64,000 nt of DNA from the human T2T-CHM13v2.0 reference genome, Homo sapiens. Position numbers and translations under genes: made by a program. The stretch is from assembly GCF_009914755.1 (NCBI RefSeq), contig NC_060928.1, one strand, 5' to 3'. Positions within the stretch are counted from its first letter, which is position 1, and each line of letters opens with the position of its first letter. A model generated the notes under the pieces. The model was not told where the DNA came from and made no database searches. It saw only the letters and a program-made list of their open reading frames with translations. Positions 1 through 14,936 of the stretch are shown here, piece by piece.

Positions 1-89
1 AAAAACATCGTTGTCTCACCCAATGACTCTAGAAATCCTTGAGAAAGTATGGTGGGGAGTTCATCACCAAATGGATTTTAATACCTGGG

Positions 90-209
90 CGCATGTTTCT
101 CAAACCGGTGTGCATTGGAATCACAGTGGTTGAGTTGAAGCACCTACAATCTAGTGAGTTCAACAGGTGATATAGATGCCCATCCAAGTTTTAGAACCAC
201 TGATCTAGA
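90..209. mobile_element. MER5-like hAT-Charlie MITE remnant
   Basis: gtttctcaaac...ggaatcac...caggtgat...aagttttagaaccactgatctag resembles MER5A ends. Confidence 0.5.
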
Positions 210-779
210 TTGCACATCCAAAATCCCTTCCATTTTGTCCCAGAAATTAATTTTTACTGTATCTTGCCTTATCAAATCTGATTGAAATGTAGTTTTTCCT
301 TAATTTCTAAGACTGCCAATAGCCTTTGTCAATTCTGTATATAATTATTCTCTGGTCTTATTAATAACAACTCACTATGCCTGGCTAAGTCTCCCCTGAT
401 CCTACGGAGAGAAAAGAAGAGAGAGGTCAGTTCCACCAAAGGGAACACCTGTGGCTGAGTGAGAAGTGAGTTCAATTAGCCTAGTTCAGTGCATCCCAAT
501 TTCCTTAGAGAAAAAGAACATTTCCAGCCTTGAAGTAAACTGCTATAACAGCTGAATCTAGATTAAATACGTGACACTGCTTCCCCTTTTTGAAGCTCCT
601 AGTTGTTCAGAAAACACCATGAGCAATCTGTTCACAATTTCCTGTAGCCAGACCAACACTAATTCCCAATGATGTCAGTCACTTCTTCTTAATGAGATTT
701 TGCACAGCCCTTTGCCATCGTACAATTTGTTCTTAAAGAGAACATGCTAAGATATAGTTTGTTCTTGCTGCATTTCATT

Positions 780-845
780 GACCTGGAGAAGTGCCTGGAA
801 CATAGTAGGCACTCAATAATAAATATTTGTTGAATGAATGAATGT
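780..845 (+). mobile_element. L2 3' end
   Basis: gtgcctggaacatagtaggcactcaataa...tatttgttgaatgaatgaatg is the canonical L2 terminus. Confidence 0.75.
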
Positions 846-1741
846 TTTCTTGCACTTCATGTGATCTTTATAATTATTAAGACATAATAAACTTAGTTAA
901 CAGTTACTCTGTAAAATATCAAGAGTTATCTTTCTAATTATTGACCAGAGTTGACTTCCATTTGCAAACACATTCATCAATGAAACTTGTTTAAGGACAG
1001 CATTAATTCAGAGGTTTCTTGCCTATACCATAATACAGTTCTGATGCAATTCCAGATTTTCAGTATTAGTTTATAAATTTAGACTATTTGATGCCAGTTA
1101 ATACAGGGTGGCCCTAAACTTCATCTTAATGTTTTTTGATGCATGAGCCCAGTTATAAAAGACTTTCTATCCTTAAATATACAAGCAGAATCCATGGTAT
1201 AGCCATTTGAATAATTTTGCTGTGTCTAAAATGGCTAGTAGAGTTTCTAGGATGGGCACCCCTTGTTTTCTATTAACCCATCAATAGAGTTCTCTTTCTA
1301 CTTATTTGGAAGCTAAAAGTACTTTCTATTTAAGTAGAACTTAGATTATAAGAATTGAAACTACAAATTTTACCTAACCATGCAGAGACAGACTCTATCC
1401 AATAGAGATGATTTCTAAAAGTTGTCAATCAAATTTTATAAACTGATTATAACAATACTATACTTAATACTGGGAAGTTCATCAGTTGATGTGATTCTAT
1501 AATATTGCCTTTTTACCTTTTTGCCTTTGCCTTTGCTTTTGTCTTTGTCTTTTTGTAGGCTGCTGAAAAATATAAATCCTTTCACTAACAACAAATTTAT
1601 TGTTTATCTTATTAAAATGATGTCTTGTTTTAGCAGCTCAGGGAGACCCTTTTGAATATTGTTCATATTTTAAAGGGATACATTAAGGCATTTAAGAACA
1701 CAGAAAATTATCAGCCAGGTGAAACTTTGCTCAGATAAATT

Positions 1742-2230
1742 TTCTTTCATTCAATAAATATTTATTAAAATGTTCTCTAAGCCAAGCATTAAGCAACAGA
1801 AAACAAGATAGTCACCATGCCTGCACTCATAAAGTTTACACTCAGGACTGAAACATAAACATTAAGAAAATGCAAGTGCAACAGGTATCAAGAAAAGAGG
1901 CATTCAATTTGATAGAGGAATAAAGTGATATTTGCAAGGCCATCCTGGGGATGTGGTATTTAGGTTGAGACCTGAACAACGAGTGACAATTTGCCAAGCA
2001 CAGTGAGAAGAAACAGCATGCTCTTGATCCAAAGGCAAGAGACTGTCATGTGAAAAGAATCGGACCAAGCCCAGGAAGATCAAGGTACAGAAGAGATGGG
2101 CAGCAATTTGGAAGAGGAGGATGGAGATATGAGCAGGTCTCAGCTTGGAGAAGCCCCTACCACCATGGAAATAAGATGTTTGAGATGTTATCCATAGAAC
2201 GGTGGAAAACCATTGAAAGGGGTAAATCCA
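1742..2230 (-). mobile_element. L2 fragment
   Basis: Starts ttcattcaataaatatttatt (reverse L2 3' end), followed by degenerate L2 body. Confidence 0.6.
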
Positions 2231-2297
2231 GTATCGTATTAGTGGTTTCGTGAACTTACAGTAAGCATGCAGCACTTGGTCAATTCTTAGAGCCACC

Positions 2298-2837
2298 TGT
2301 CTCAGCCTAAGTTAACACCCAAGAAGCAGAACCAGAGACATGCAGGGCTGGCATGCAGGTAGTTTGTTTTAGCCTGTAAACCCAAAGAACAAGAGAAGGG
2401 GCTGGGGAAGAGTGAGACAGAAAAGGAGGGAAAGTCGATTCGGAGGGGCACTATTGAGCAGATCGCTGTGAGCAGCAGGTCTCCAGCCTATTAGGGACAC
2501 TCCAAGGAGCCACATAGAAGGTGCCTTAGAATCATCCAGGCAAGGGATGGAAAAGGGGAGTATTTATCCACCACCTCCCATTCCCAGTGGGTCCTGGTGG
2601 CAACTCCACTGCAAGTCCATGTTGGCACATGCATCCAAATGGTGAAAACGATCCATGCTGATATACCCCAAGACAGCAATAGAGAAGCCCCAGGATTGAG
2701 CAAGAGACTCCTGGTACAGCTGAAGTGAGTGTTATCAGACTAATACTACCCTGAAGCTGGATGCAAGAGCAAGGCTGAAATTAAGAGCAAGGCTGAAATT
2801 AAGATGTGAGGAAGGAGAAAGGACATATTGACATGAC
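2298..2837 (-). mobile_element. Old MaLR LTR (MLT1J/K/L-like)
   Basis: ccaagaagcagaaccagagac...gcaggtagtttgtttt motif; contains a perfect 18-bp tandem duplication at 2765-2800. Confidence 0.55.
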
Positions 2838-3083
2838 ACCCCATTTACCATTCACTCTGGAGTAAATCTGGAATTATTCAGCCACTAATGCAAAACCCAG
2901 GTAAAGCATTTGGAGTGCAGGTGCTGGAGAGAAGAGCTGGTCCTCTGGTGTCAAGTGCCATCCACAATTAATGCTTTTGTCTTTCTGAATAACACTTATC
3001 ATGTGCTGGATTCTGTGCAAAGCCCTTACATTGCCACATTTAATCCTCCTAACAATCACAGGAGGGAGTAAAATCATTATAAT

Positions 3084-3619
3084 TATTTTGGTTATCTATT
3101 GCTGCATGGCAAATTATCCCAAACTCAACAGCTCAAAACAACAAGAAACATTTATTATTTCATCTCCTTCCTGTAGGTCAGGAATTTGGGAGGTACATAA
3201 TTGGGAGGTTCTAGCTCAAGGTATCTTATGCAGTTGCAATCAAGACATCAGCCAGAGTTGCAGACATCTGAATGCATCGCTGGGGCTGGAGGTTGTGCTT
3301 CCAAGATGGCTCATTAACATGGTGCTGGTTGCTGGCAGGAAACCTTAGTACCTCCCGTATGGGCCATTCCTCATGCTGCTTGTCTATCCTTACTGCTTAC
3401 CAGTGGCTGCTGGTTTCTCCCACACTGAGCAATTGAAGAGAAAGGGCAAGGCAAAAGCCACATGGTTTGGATTATCTAACCTCATATATCACACACCCTC
3501 GTTTTTACAATAACCCATGGGTTACGTAAGTCAGGCCTAATGAATATGAGAGGAGACTACACACAGGCCTATAGACCAGGAGGTAGGATCAAAGGCCATC
3601 TTGGAAGCTGGCCACCACA
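3084..3619 (-). mobile_element. MLT1F-like MaLR solo LTR
   Basis: ttatctattgctgcatggcaaattatcccaaactcaacagctcaaaacaac ... ggccatcttggaagctggccaccaca. Confidence 0.7.
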
Positions 3620-3715
3620 ATCATCATTTAACAATTGAGGTTAGTGGGGCCCAGGGAAGCAAAGCAAGTTCCCCAAGCTTATACAGTAAGATGTAGACTT
3701 AAGATTTGAACCTGG

Positions 3716-4038
<323 letters not shown>

Positions 4039-6214
4039 TTATTACTGTACTATACTGTCTCTAAATAACCTAATCCTGAAAACCAAAGATATTTATCCAC
4101 ACAGGGAAACATTTAATCCAAAATAATATCAAAAAGAAAAAAAAACAGTGGAGCCTACCAGTAGACTTAATTTGACACAAATTTCTGACTCTAGCTTTCT
4201 TTGTCCACAAACTAAGTTGTCAGATTTATAAACACAGGCATACTTGGGCCAGAATTAATCAAATGTTACACGGTATAGTGCTTTTTCTAAAGGCACAATC
4301 TGAGAAAGTTTAATTTAGTAAAATAAACTTACTTCAAAGCAGCCCAGATGGTTTCAATACTACCTTTTAAAAGGGGAGGAGGGAAATTTAGGGTATGATA
4401 ATGAGACATGAAAAACCTTCTGTCCTCTCTATGGGATGGAAGCAAGGACTGCTTTCTTCTACTTCTTATTTAGAAGACATGAGAACCAAAGGCCTGATGA
4501 CTCAGTGTTGCTGTAAGTCATCCAGGATGCTGAACTCAACTGCTTTGCGAGGAGCCTGGGGTTACAGTTCTCAGTAGCACAGGGCTGTGCAATTAAAGCA
4601 AAATGTGAAAACCCAAAAACAAAGAAAGGTATGTTAAAGGATATTCTCCACCTGTACCCATGTAGTATTACCAGAGGGCCCTAATATAATCATTTAATGA
4701 ACCCTAAGTATTGGAGTAGAAACATGAAAAAAAAAGGAACGTTTGTCATGCTTTAGTCAATATCAAGTACTTTGGCATTTGAGTCACATGCAGAAAGTCG
4801 AGAGACAATATTCTCAGTGTAGAGGGAGAAGCTATGTTCTCAAGACCTCCTATTAGTCACACCAAGTCCTAGCTTTGATCATTCCACAGCATCTGCAGGC
4901 CCACCTGCTAATGTGGGAAGGAAGCCATTCAATGGCTATAAACCATTTGAGATCTCACTAATGAGGATGTCTGTCTGACTCTCCCAGGTTCTGTCCTCCT
5001 CTTCGACTCCTCCAGAACAATACCCCCATTGTTCAATGTAAATAACAATTGTAGAGCTTCAAGTACTAGTTCCTTCCAACTACAGTCATTCTGAAAGCTT
5101 TTGCTCTCTGCATTTCTTTCTCTTTTATGAAAGTTAACAACAAACAGGCAGATCACGGGCTGCAATCCACAGAGTAAATTAAAGCCATTCCATACTCAAC
5201 AGTTTCCAGACATTTTTCATATCTGCAGACCAGGCCTACAAACTCAATTATTTTCATTCATTTCAACTTCTGTTCCAAAGCCCTGAGAATGGAATAAATT
5301 AGGCGGCTGATCTTTAAAGCACTATTTCTTTAGAGAATGCAATTCACAGGATAGACACCATTTCCTATGGAAAAACAGCTTCAGAAGTAGGGTAAGAGAT
5401 ACGCAACTGTGTTCAATGAGATTTCAACGGAGACAGGAATGTTGAACAAAAAGAAGCAGAGGCTCCAACTCAATAAAGCACCTTGAACATTCCAGGGTCT
5501 TTGATCTTAAAAAATGAAGCTTTGGAATACCACTGTAACAGTCTTCTGGAATATTTCCAGTTTTGTTGTTTCCTGAGAGAAAGGAATCTCAAAAACATGT
5601 GGACATGCAGAAATCTCATCATGTTTTTTGATTTCATCTCCCGGTCCCATACCTTTTCAGATGCACTCATGCTAACCCTCTGAGATACATTGCTACAAAG
5701 GATGTATACATTTGTGTGGAACAGAAAATCTCCAAATCAATTTGAAGACAAGTGCCAAAACAAAAATGAGTGTTTAACCTGGGCTCTCTGAGTCAGGGGG
5801 CATTGAATAGTGAGATACAAGAAAGGTTGAAAAAGAAAAAGAAAAAAATGCCAGAGCTTCTGATGAATGGTGGAGAAAGTGCTTCAAGCAATTCTCAAAA
5901 TTAAAAATCAACTTTGGTTCCCACCTAAAGCCAGAGATATCAATACAACCCTTTCCACAATACCAGAAATAAGTGGATATATTATGACACGATGAAGCTT
6001 AAGCTCTGCCCTCCCAGGACAACTCTGTTCCTCATTTTATATTTGTAGTTTTCAGTTATTTTTCTTATATAATCCTCCCTCAATTGTTTAAGATTTAGGG
6101 TCTTTAAAATATGTATTCATTTCTTCACCACACATTTGCAGAAGCATTCCTGCATTGCTTTTTTGTTTTGTTTTGTTTTTTAACAAATATAACCAAACAC
6201 AAAGAGCAACAAAA

Positions 6215-6753
6215 CACTTCAAGCTGGTTACCCAGTGACTATGCTTGAAATCCTTCAAAGGCTTCCTATGATACTTTGAATAAAATCCAGACTCCTTACT
6301 GTATTCTGCAGAACCCTCCATGATCCAGCAATTTCTTCCTCAATCCCAAATCATTCTGTTCTCCCTCTAACCCATATTCTGATCACACCAGCCTCCTTGC
6401 AGCACCTCTGCATTGCCAATCTCTTTCCTACCTCAAATCCTTTGGTCGTTGTTTCTGCTATTGCACCCTTCTTCCCCTTTTCACATTGCTGGCTCCATCC
6501 TCTTTGGGGGCTTCTGGCCCTACCTGATTACTCTAAATAAATAATCATGCTCTCTATCTCCTCACTCCCACTCGGGGTTCTCTATTATACCCCCATGTTC
6601 TACTTTTTTTTTTTCTTAGTAACTGTCCATCTCCACTGCAATCCTGCAAGCTCCATCAAGGCGGCAGTGGTGTTTGTTTTGTTCATCACTACAGAGGATC
6701 CAGCTCCTAGTCAGTGCCTGATGTGTAGTGCCCGCTCCATCAAACTGTGTGCA
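6215..6753 (+). mobile_element. L2 3' region
   Basis: gaataaaatccagactcctta...cagtgcctgatgtgtagtg L2 motifs; interrupted by the Alu at 6754. Confidence 0.6.
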
Positions 6754-7067
6754 GGCCGGGCGCGGTGGCTCACGCCTGTAATCCCAGCACTTTGGGAGGC
6801 CGAGGCAGGGGGATCACAAGGTCAGGAGATCGAGACCATCCTAACTAACACGGTGAAACCCCGTCTCTACTTAAAAAAAACTAGAAAAATTAGCCGGGCG
6901 TGGTGGCGGGCGCCTGTAGTCCCAGCTACTAGAGACGCTGAGGCAGGAGAATGGCGTGAACCCGAGGGGTGGAGCTTGCGGTGAGCCGAATCGCGCCACT
7001 GCACTCCAACCTGGGCGACAGAGTGAGACTCCGTCTCAAAAAAAAAGAAAACAAACAAACAAACAAA
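6754..7067 (+). mobile_element. AluY
   Basis: ctaacacggtgaaacc and gaatggcgtgaaccc diagnostics; A/(AAAC)n tail; imperfect TSD aaactgt(gt)gca. Confidence 0.93.
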
Positions 7068-7179
7068 AAACTGTGCAAAGAATGGTGAATGAGTCCTGCA
7101 ATCAATTAATTTCCCAGTAATTGAACATAACTCTTTAAAGCACAGAAACTAATAAGAACATCAACAATAACAATTTCGG

Positions 7180-7625
<446 letters not shown>

Positions 7626-8799
7626 TCAGTGAAGTGTGATTGAACAATTAAATGACTAAAATGGTATAGCCTCCATACCCATTTGCATTCTTTGCACTTC
7701 TAGTCTAAAAAGGGCAAGACAAATGCAATTGTGTTGTGGAGAAATATTTGGATTCTTTTGGAGAGAAAAGGAAAATCAAAGAAAAATATTATGCATGGTA
7801 TGAATTGGGAGTTTATAATTCAGAAATTTACTAAAAATAATGACAAGAACCGAAAGTGAAAAAAGTAGCTTTATTTTTAGATATCTCTCACATGTGAGAG
7901 AATAACCTGATATTGGCCAATAACCAAATTAATTATTTGTTTCTCCATGAAGACTCCTTTCTGAATTAGAAGGAGAAAGAGGTGAATTGAAGAGCAGATT
8001 GAAAATGGAGATATAAAATCAATGACTCTTTTTTAAGGATGAGTCATCATGGCTTTTCTAGATGATTGATTGTGAAGTGGAAGAAATAGAACGAATTAAA
8101 CTATAAGCATTTGAGCCCAGTAGTTCTCTGGGGCACTCTTCTCCACTATTTGAACTATCTTTATTTCATAAGCTAAGACTAAAAACATTGCCAAAGTGAA
8201 CTGGTTCTCCAGAGTTTCTAGAGTGCATTATTATCATTCTCTAAAATGAAAATACATCTGATACTTCAAAAGACACATTGTTATGTTTTTTAATGTTTTG
8301 CTTATATTTCATCTCATTTTGAAAATGATTGAAGTAGCTTATAATAAATACACATAAACAATAAGCAAGTAAATAATTGCAATTGGAAACTAATTCTAAG
8401 TGAAAGACAATTATATCTAAGCTAATATCAAGAATGGACAATGACATTACATTTAACTCTGAGCTTTCTAGATGCCAAAATAAGGGCCAGTGATGAATTA
8501 TGCATTGTTTATCTGAACAAAAGAATTATTTATTTAAGAGTTACACATCTTCTAAGACATATTTATGCATTTATTGCATGGATCCTTTTACAAATGCATT
8601 TAGACAACATAATAGACAACCACAAACAACTCCTGTCCAAATGTTTATAGGTTCACTAATGCATACCTACATATTAGTAAATAATTTATTTATGCACAAG
8701 TATGCTATGTGTGCATACATGTATATTTCTGAGTTACAGCATGTAATCTATATACACACATGTACATAACCATACATACAGATATACATATATGAAGTA

Positions 8800-8877
8800 T
8801 TATGTTGGTACAAAAGTAATTACAGTTTTGCCATAGAACGTAATGCAAAAACTGCAATTACTTTTGCACTAATCTAA
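8800..8877. mobile_element. MADE1 (Hsmar1-derived MITE)
   Basis: ~78-bp near-palindrome ttatgttggtacaaaagtaatt...aattacttttgcactaatctaa, flanked by TA dinucleotides. Confidence 0.9.
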
Positions 8878-8917
8878 TAACTCAGAGAAAGTGTTTCTCT
8901 AAAGGGGTAATGAAGTT

Positions 8918-9440
8918 GTGTAGATTGCTGGCAATGATGGCCCCAATTCTTTTCATCCCTGCGTGCTAACACTTGGTAATGTGATTTTGTCACTCCCTTG
9001 TCAAGTGGTAGAGTATAGTTCTCTTCCCCTTGCATCTGAGCTGTCTCTGTGGCCAGCTTTGGCCAATAGAAATGACTTTGTATGGCTTCCTAGCCTGGGC
9101 TTCAAGAGGCCTTGCAGCTTCTGCTCTCACACTCTAGTCCAGGCTAGCCCTCTTATGGATAAAAGCACATGCTAGCCCTCTTGAGGATAACAACCACCCT
9201 CAGAGAGAAGCCCAGCTGATGGTCAGCACCACCTGCCAGACAGTTGAAGAAAGCTTCTTTAGGCCATCTCACTCCAGTCGAGATACCAGATAACTACAGC
9301 TGCATGAGTGATCCCAGGAGAAGCCAGCAGAAGAACTGCCCAGCTGCAAACAACTCAAACTGGTAACCACCAGAATCATAAGCTAAATAAATTATTGTTT
9401 TAAGCCATTGAGCTTTAGGGTGGTTTTTATATAGCAACTG
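8918..9440 (+). mobile_element. MLT1 (F/G/H-like) MaLR LTR
   Basis: gctttggccaatagaaatg, cctagcctgggcttcaagaggccttgcagcttctgc and ttttaagccattgagctttagggtgg motifs. Confidence 0.7.
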
Positions 9441-9842
9441 TTGATATAAGATTCAAGGTATAAAATTTCCTTATTTAATAACAGAAAAAAAGTGGAGTAA
9501 TCTAGGGAACTATGGTTGCTCACATCACATTTCCCTAAGTTCTTTAAGGAGTTCTGAGAAAAGGGAGATGAAGAATTTACTTAGCTACATGTTTTTACCC
9601 CTTGGGTAGAATAAGTGTAAACTTACTTTTTTTTACAATACTTGCTCTTCTGACTTTTAAAAAGATAGATTTTAGTTAAAGGAAAGAATTCCTAGCAACA
9701 GCCCACATATTTTCTATTTCCTATTGCAGTCAATATGTTCCTAACTTTTTGGCCTGAATTTTCCAGGATAGTCCTGAGTTGTCATCATCAATCTATGCAT
9801 TATTAGGCCTAATCTTCTGATTTGGAGTTGGAACAATATAGA

Positions 9843-10194
9843 AGCTATGGTTTGGCTGTGTCCCCACTCAAATCTCATCTTGAATTCCCACGTGTTGTGG
9901 AAGGGACCCAGTAGGAGGTCATTGAATCATGGGGGCAGGTCTTTCCTGTGCTGTTCTCAAGACAGTGAATAAGTCTCACAGATCTGATGGTTTTATAAGG
10001 GGGATTTTCTCTGCACAAGTTCTCTGTCTTTGCCTGCTGCCATTCATGCATGATGTGACTTGTTCCTCCTTGCCTTCCACCATGACTGTGAGGCATCCCC
10101 AGCCATGTGGAACTGTAAGTCCATTAAACCCTTTCTCCTATATAAATTACCCAGTCTCTGGTATGTATCAGCAGCATAAAAACTAACTAATACA
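9843..10194 (+). mobile_element. THE1 (A/B/C-like) MaLR solo LTR
   Basis: tatggtttggctgtgtccccactcaaatctcatcttgaatt ... aactaataca. Confidence 0.9.
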
Positions 10195-10399
10195 GATGCT
10201 ATATCTATATATTTTGAATACCAAAAGTATAATTGGCAAGTTAGGCATTTTCTTAAGGCATTTTCAAAGCCTGATCTGTATTCTCGCCAGATGGACAACA
10301 CCCCCCAACTTTTCACAAAAGCATGTTATTCTTTTAATGCATGCAGATCAACAAAGCATGCACATTGAAGGACGTGCTGTCACTGGTATTGAAGATAAG

Positions 10400-10627
10400 A
10401 CTCACGTGGACTGTGGCAAAAATAGAAATGGGAGACCAAAAAATATGTCTAATCTATTAGTCCAACCTAGTGATGATGGTGACTTGAACTAGAGTGTTGG
10501 CAATGGAACTGGGGAGAAGGGATGACTTCAAGGTTTTCTTTGAAATAAAAATGACAGGCCTCACAGAGAAAAGAAACGAGTAACCACTAATTCTGCTCTG
10601 AACAATTAAGTGGGTGGTAAAGGCACA

Positions 10628-10675
<48 letters not shown>

Positions 10676-11160
10676 GCAGGTTAAGTTTGAGATGCTTGTG
10701 AGACATCCAAGTATACATGTCAAGTATATAGTTAGATAGATGGGCCTGGAATGCAGATGAAAAATTAAAATGGGAATATTAAGTGTAGTGGGCAAAGGGG
10801 CTAGCAGAGGATAGTGAAGTTAAAGAAATCAAGTGTCAAATCAGTTAGAGCTTTATAGGATCCATAGTAAGAGCTTTGGATTAATTCCAGTGGCTTTGGA
10901 AACTATGGGAATTTTTTTAATAGGGATGTAAAAAATCTGAGTTACATTATAAAAATTACTTTGGCTGCAGTGAGAAGTAATGTGTGGAAAGCCAAGTTAT
11001 TATAAACTAGACATGATGGTGGCCTGAGGTAGTATGTTAACAGTGAAGACAGTGAGCAGTGGCTGGGTTGGGGACATGACTTGAAGGAAGAACCAGCAAG
11101 ACTTGCTGACAGATAGATGTCCTGCAGAGAATATTCTTGAGCAAATGAGCTATGAGGATA
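10400..11160 (-). mobile_element. L2 fragments
   Basis: gatgatggtgacttgaactag, gttaagtttgagatgcttgtgagacatccaag and related L2 motifs. Confidence 0.55.
10630..10673. repeat. (GT)22 microsatellite
   Basis: Perfect dinucleotide run. Confidence 0.97.
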
Positions 11161-11477
11161 ACAAAATGAAATAGATTTGAGATTTCAGAGGTGATGCAAT
11201 TTCTGGATTTAACAAGATCCAAGGCATGTCCACAGAAGCGTGGACAGCACCAAAAAAAATTTAAAAAGAGAGAGTGAAAATTAGGAAACCATGCTGTTAA
11301 ATGAAAAATGAAAACTTTGTATAAGGTATATTGATAATCTTGTGACTCTTACATCAGCAGTGACCATGATGACACAAACGATCAGCTGTGTCCTGTTTTG
11401 TCCATTTGACACAATCCTGTAACCAAACAGCAATCTCTCTACAGATCTTCCCAGTAACCACCACCGGAAAACAAATA

Positions 11478-13108
11478 CAGTCATGTACCACATAACAAAT
11501 TTTCAGTCCACGATGGACCGCATATATGACAGTGGACCCATAAAATTATTATGGAGCTGAAGAATTCCTATCACCTAGTGACATCATAGCCATCCTAATA
11601 TAGTACAACGCATTACTCACGTGTTTGTGATGATGCCGGTGTAAACAAACCTACTGTGCCGTCAGTCATATAAAAGTGTAGCACATGCAATTATATACCC
11701 CATATAGTACTGGATCATAAATGACTATGTTGCTGGTTTATGTATTTACTATACTATACATTTTATCATTATTTTAGGGTATACTCCTTCTACTTGTTAA
11801 AAAAAAATAAGTTAACTGTAAAACCGTCTCAGGTAGGTCTTTCAGGAAGTATTCCAGAAGAAGGCATTGTTGTCATAGGAGATGACAGCTCCGTGGGTGT
11901 TACTGCCCCTGGGGACCTTCCTGTGGGACAAGATGTTGAGGTGGAAGACAGTGATATCAATGATCCTGACCCTGTGCAGGCCTAGGCTAATAGGGGTGTT
12001 TGTATTGTCATTTTAAATTTTCATAGAAAAAGGCAAATAGGATAAGGATATTGTATTAGTCAGGGTTCTCTAGAGGGACAGAACTAATAGGATAGATTTA
12101 TATATAAAGGGGAGTTTAATAAGAACTATTGACTCACACAGTCACAAAGGGAGGTCCCACCATAAGCCGTCTACAAGCTGAGGAGAAAGGAGAGCCGGTC
12201 TGAGTCCCAAAGCTGAAGAACTTGGAGTCTGATGTTCAAGGGCAGGACACATCCAGCATGGGAGAAAGATGTAGGCTAGAAGACTAAACCAGTCTATACT
12301 TTCCACATTTTCCTGTCAGCTTTTATTCCAGCCGTACTGGCAGCTGATTAGATGGTGCCCACCCAGATTGAGGGTGGGTCTGCCTTTCCCAGTCCACTGA
12401 CTCAAATGTTAATCTTTGGCAACACCCTTACAGACACAGCCAGGAACAATATTTGCATCCTTAAATCCAATCAAGTTGACACTCAATATTAACCATCACA
12501 GATATCAAGAAAAAAATAGTTTGTACAACTGTAAAATGGACTTGCATTTTTAAGCTAAGTGTTATAACAGGAGGCAAAAAGTTTTTAAAGAGTTTACAAA
12601 GAAAAAATTTTTAGTAAGTTGAGGTTAAGTTAATATCAAAGAAAGAAAAATATTTTTTATAAATGTAGTGTGGCCTAAGAGTACAGTGTTGGTGAAGGCT
12701 ACAGTAATGTACAGTCCTGGGCCTTCACGTTCATTTACCACTTACTCACTGACTCACCCAGAGCAACTTCCAGTCCTGCTGAAAGTTCCATTCATGGTAA
12801 GTGCCCTATAGAGGTGGACCATTTTTATCTTTTACCTCATTTTTACTGTGTCTTTTTTGATGTCTAGAGATGTTTAGGTACATAAATACTTACCATTATG
12901 TTATAATTGCCTACAGTATTCACTATAGTAACATGCTGTACAGGTTTGTAGCCTAGAAGCAATAGGCTACACCATATAGCCTAGTTGTGTAGTAGGCTAT
13001 ACCATCTTGGTTTGTGGAATTACACTCTATGATGTTCACACAATGAAAAAAATCACATAATGATGCATTTCTCAGAATGTATGCCCATCATTAAATGATG
13101 CATTACTG
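11478..13108. mobile_element. Tigger3b (MER7B-type) DNA transposon, interrupted by MLT2A
   Basis: TIR-like ends ta|cagtcatgtaccacataac and ttaaatgatgcattactg; ~1.18 kb once the LTR is removed. Confidence 0.85.
12052..12500 (-). mobile_element. MLT2A (ERVL) solo LTR
   Basis: tgtattagtcagggttctctagagggacagaact ... ttaaccatcaca; 5-bp TSD GATAT at 12047-12051 and 12501-12505. Confidence 0.9.
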
Positions 13109-13659
13109 TTAATCAAAACAACCACCATTACATAATATAAAACAGGCATATCTTGGTGCCCAGATCCTCACAGTTCCCACAAAGAAGTGTACTCTTGCAC
13201 TCTAGCCTTGACATGATGCCACATTCAGATGAGCATCCATCCAACATCAATCAAAAAGAAAAACCGAAAAGGTATTGAAATCTTTTCAGTAAACATTCAC
13301 AAAATGTCCCTGGGAGATTTCATCCTCAAAACACTTCAAAACCTCTTTTTGCTCTCAAAAATCCACAAAACCAGGTACTGCAACTGTCCCCAGCCTCCTT
13401 TCTGTCTCTACCACTTCCCAGAATTTTCTCTGAAACCTGGCCCACTCTAGTTTTTTCTTTCATGTCCTTCAGTCTCTTAATCTTTTTCATTCTGAGGAAC
13501 TATTTGGCCTAACCTTAATCAATCAAGCTCATTTTTGTCCTTTTCATGACCCAGTTCTGCATTACGAAGGCCCAGAAACTAAGCTGGTGAAGTCAGTGTT
13601 CTCCTGAGCAAACACAGAAGAGAAAATGCTGTGATATTTCTTCGTCCTGTCACAGAAGT

Positions 13660-14145
<486 letters not shown>

Positions 14146-14317
14146 TAGAGCCCCTGGGAAAAATTCCTAAAGGTCTTTTGTGCAGAATACAATTCACCAC
14201 AGCATTTGATAGTAATGCATATCTATGCTTTTCTTCTTTCAAGATATATATGTGTATATTCATACTCTTTCAGAATAGGTTAGACGATAGAAGATTTATC
14301 ATAGATAGAACTCATTC

Positions 14318-14885
14318 AGGAAAAAAAGAGAGGGAGGAAAGTAAAGAAGAAGTAAGGAGAGAAGAAGGAAAGAAGGGAGAGAAGGAGAAAAAGGAGAGAA
14401 GGAAGGAAGGAAAGAAGGAAGGGAGGGAGGGAGGGAGGAAGGAGAAAGAGAAAGAAGGAAGGAAGGAAAGAAAGAAACAAAGAAACAAAGAAACAAAGAA
14501 AGAAAGAAAAGAAAAAAAAGAAAGGGATGGATGGAGGGAGGGAGGAAGGAAGGAGAAAGAAAAAGAAAAGAAAGAAGAAAGAAAAAGAAAGAAAGAAGGA
14601 AATAAAGAGAAAGAAAGAAAAGAAAGAAAGAAACAAAGAAAGAAAGAAAAGAAAAAAAAGAAAGGGATGGAGGGAGGAAGAAAGGAGAAAGAAAAAGAAA
14701 AGAAAGAAGAAAGAGAAAGAAAGAAAGAAGGAAGGAAAGAAAGAAGGAAGAAAGAGAAAGAAAGAAAGAAGAAAGAGAAAGAAAGAAAGAAGGAAGGAAA
14801 GAAAGAAGGAAATAAAGAGAAAGAAAGAAAAGAAGAAAGAAAAAGAAAGAAAGAAAGAAAGAAAGAAAGAAGGAAAGAAAGAAAG

Positions 14886-14936
<51 letters not shown>

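Noticed and set aside
1508-1590. Strong pyrimidine tract plus AG at 1557-1558, followed by AAEKYKSFH*
   Set aside because: The tract is a degenerate (TTTGYC)n simple repeat; no recognisable peptide or partner exon.
11740-11985. Acidic ORF (DVEVEDSDINDPDPV)
   Set aside because: Internal sequence of the non-autonomous Tigger3b element.
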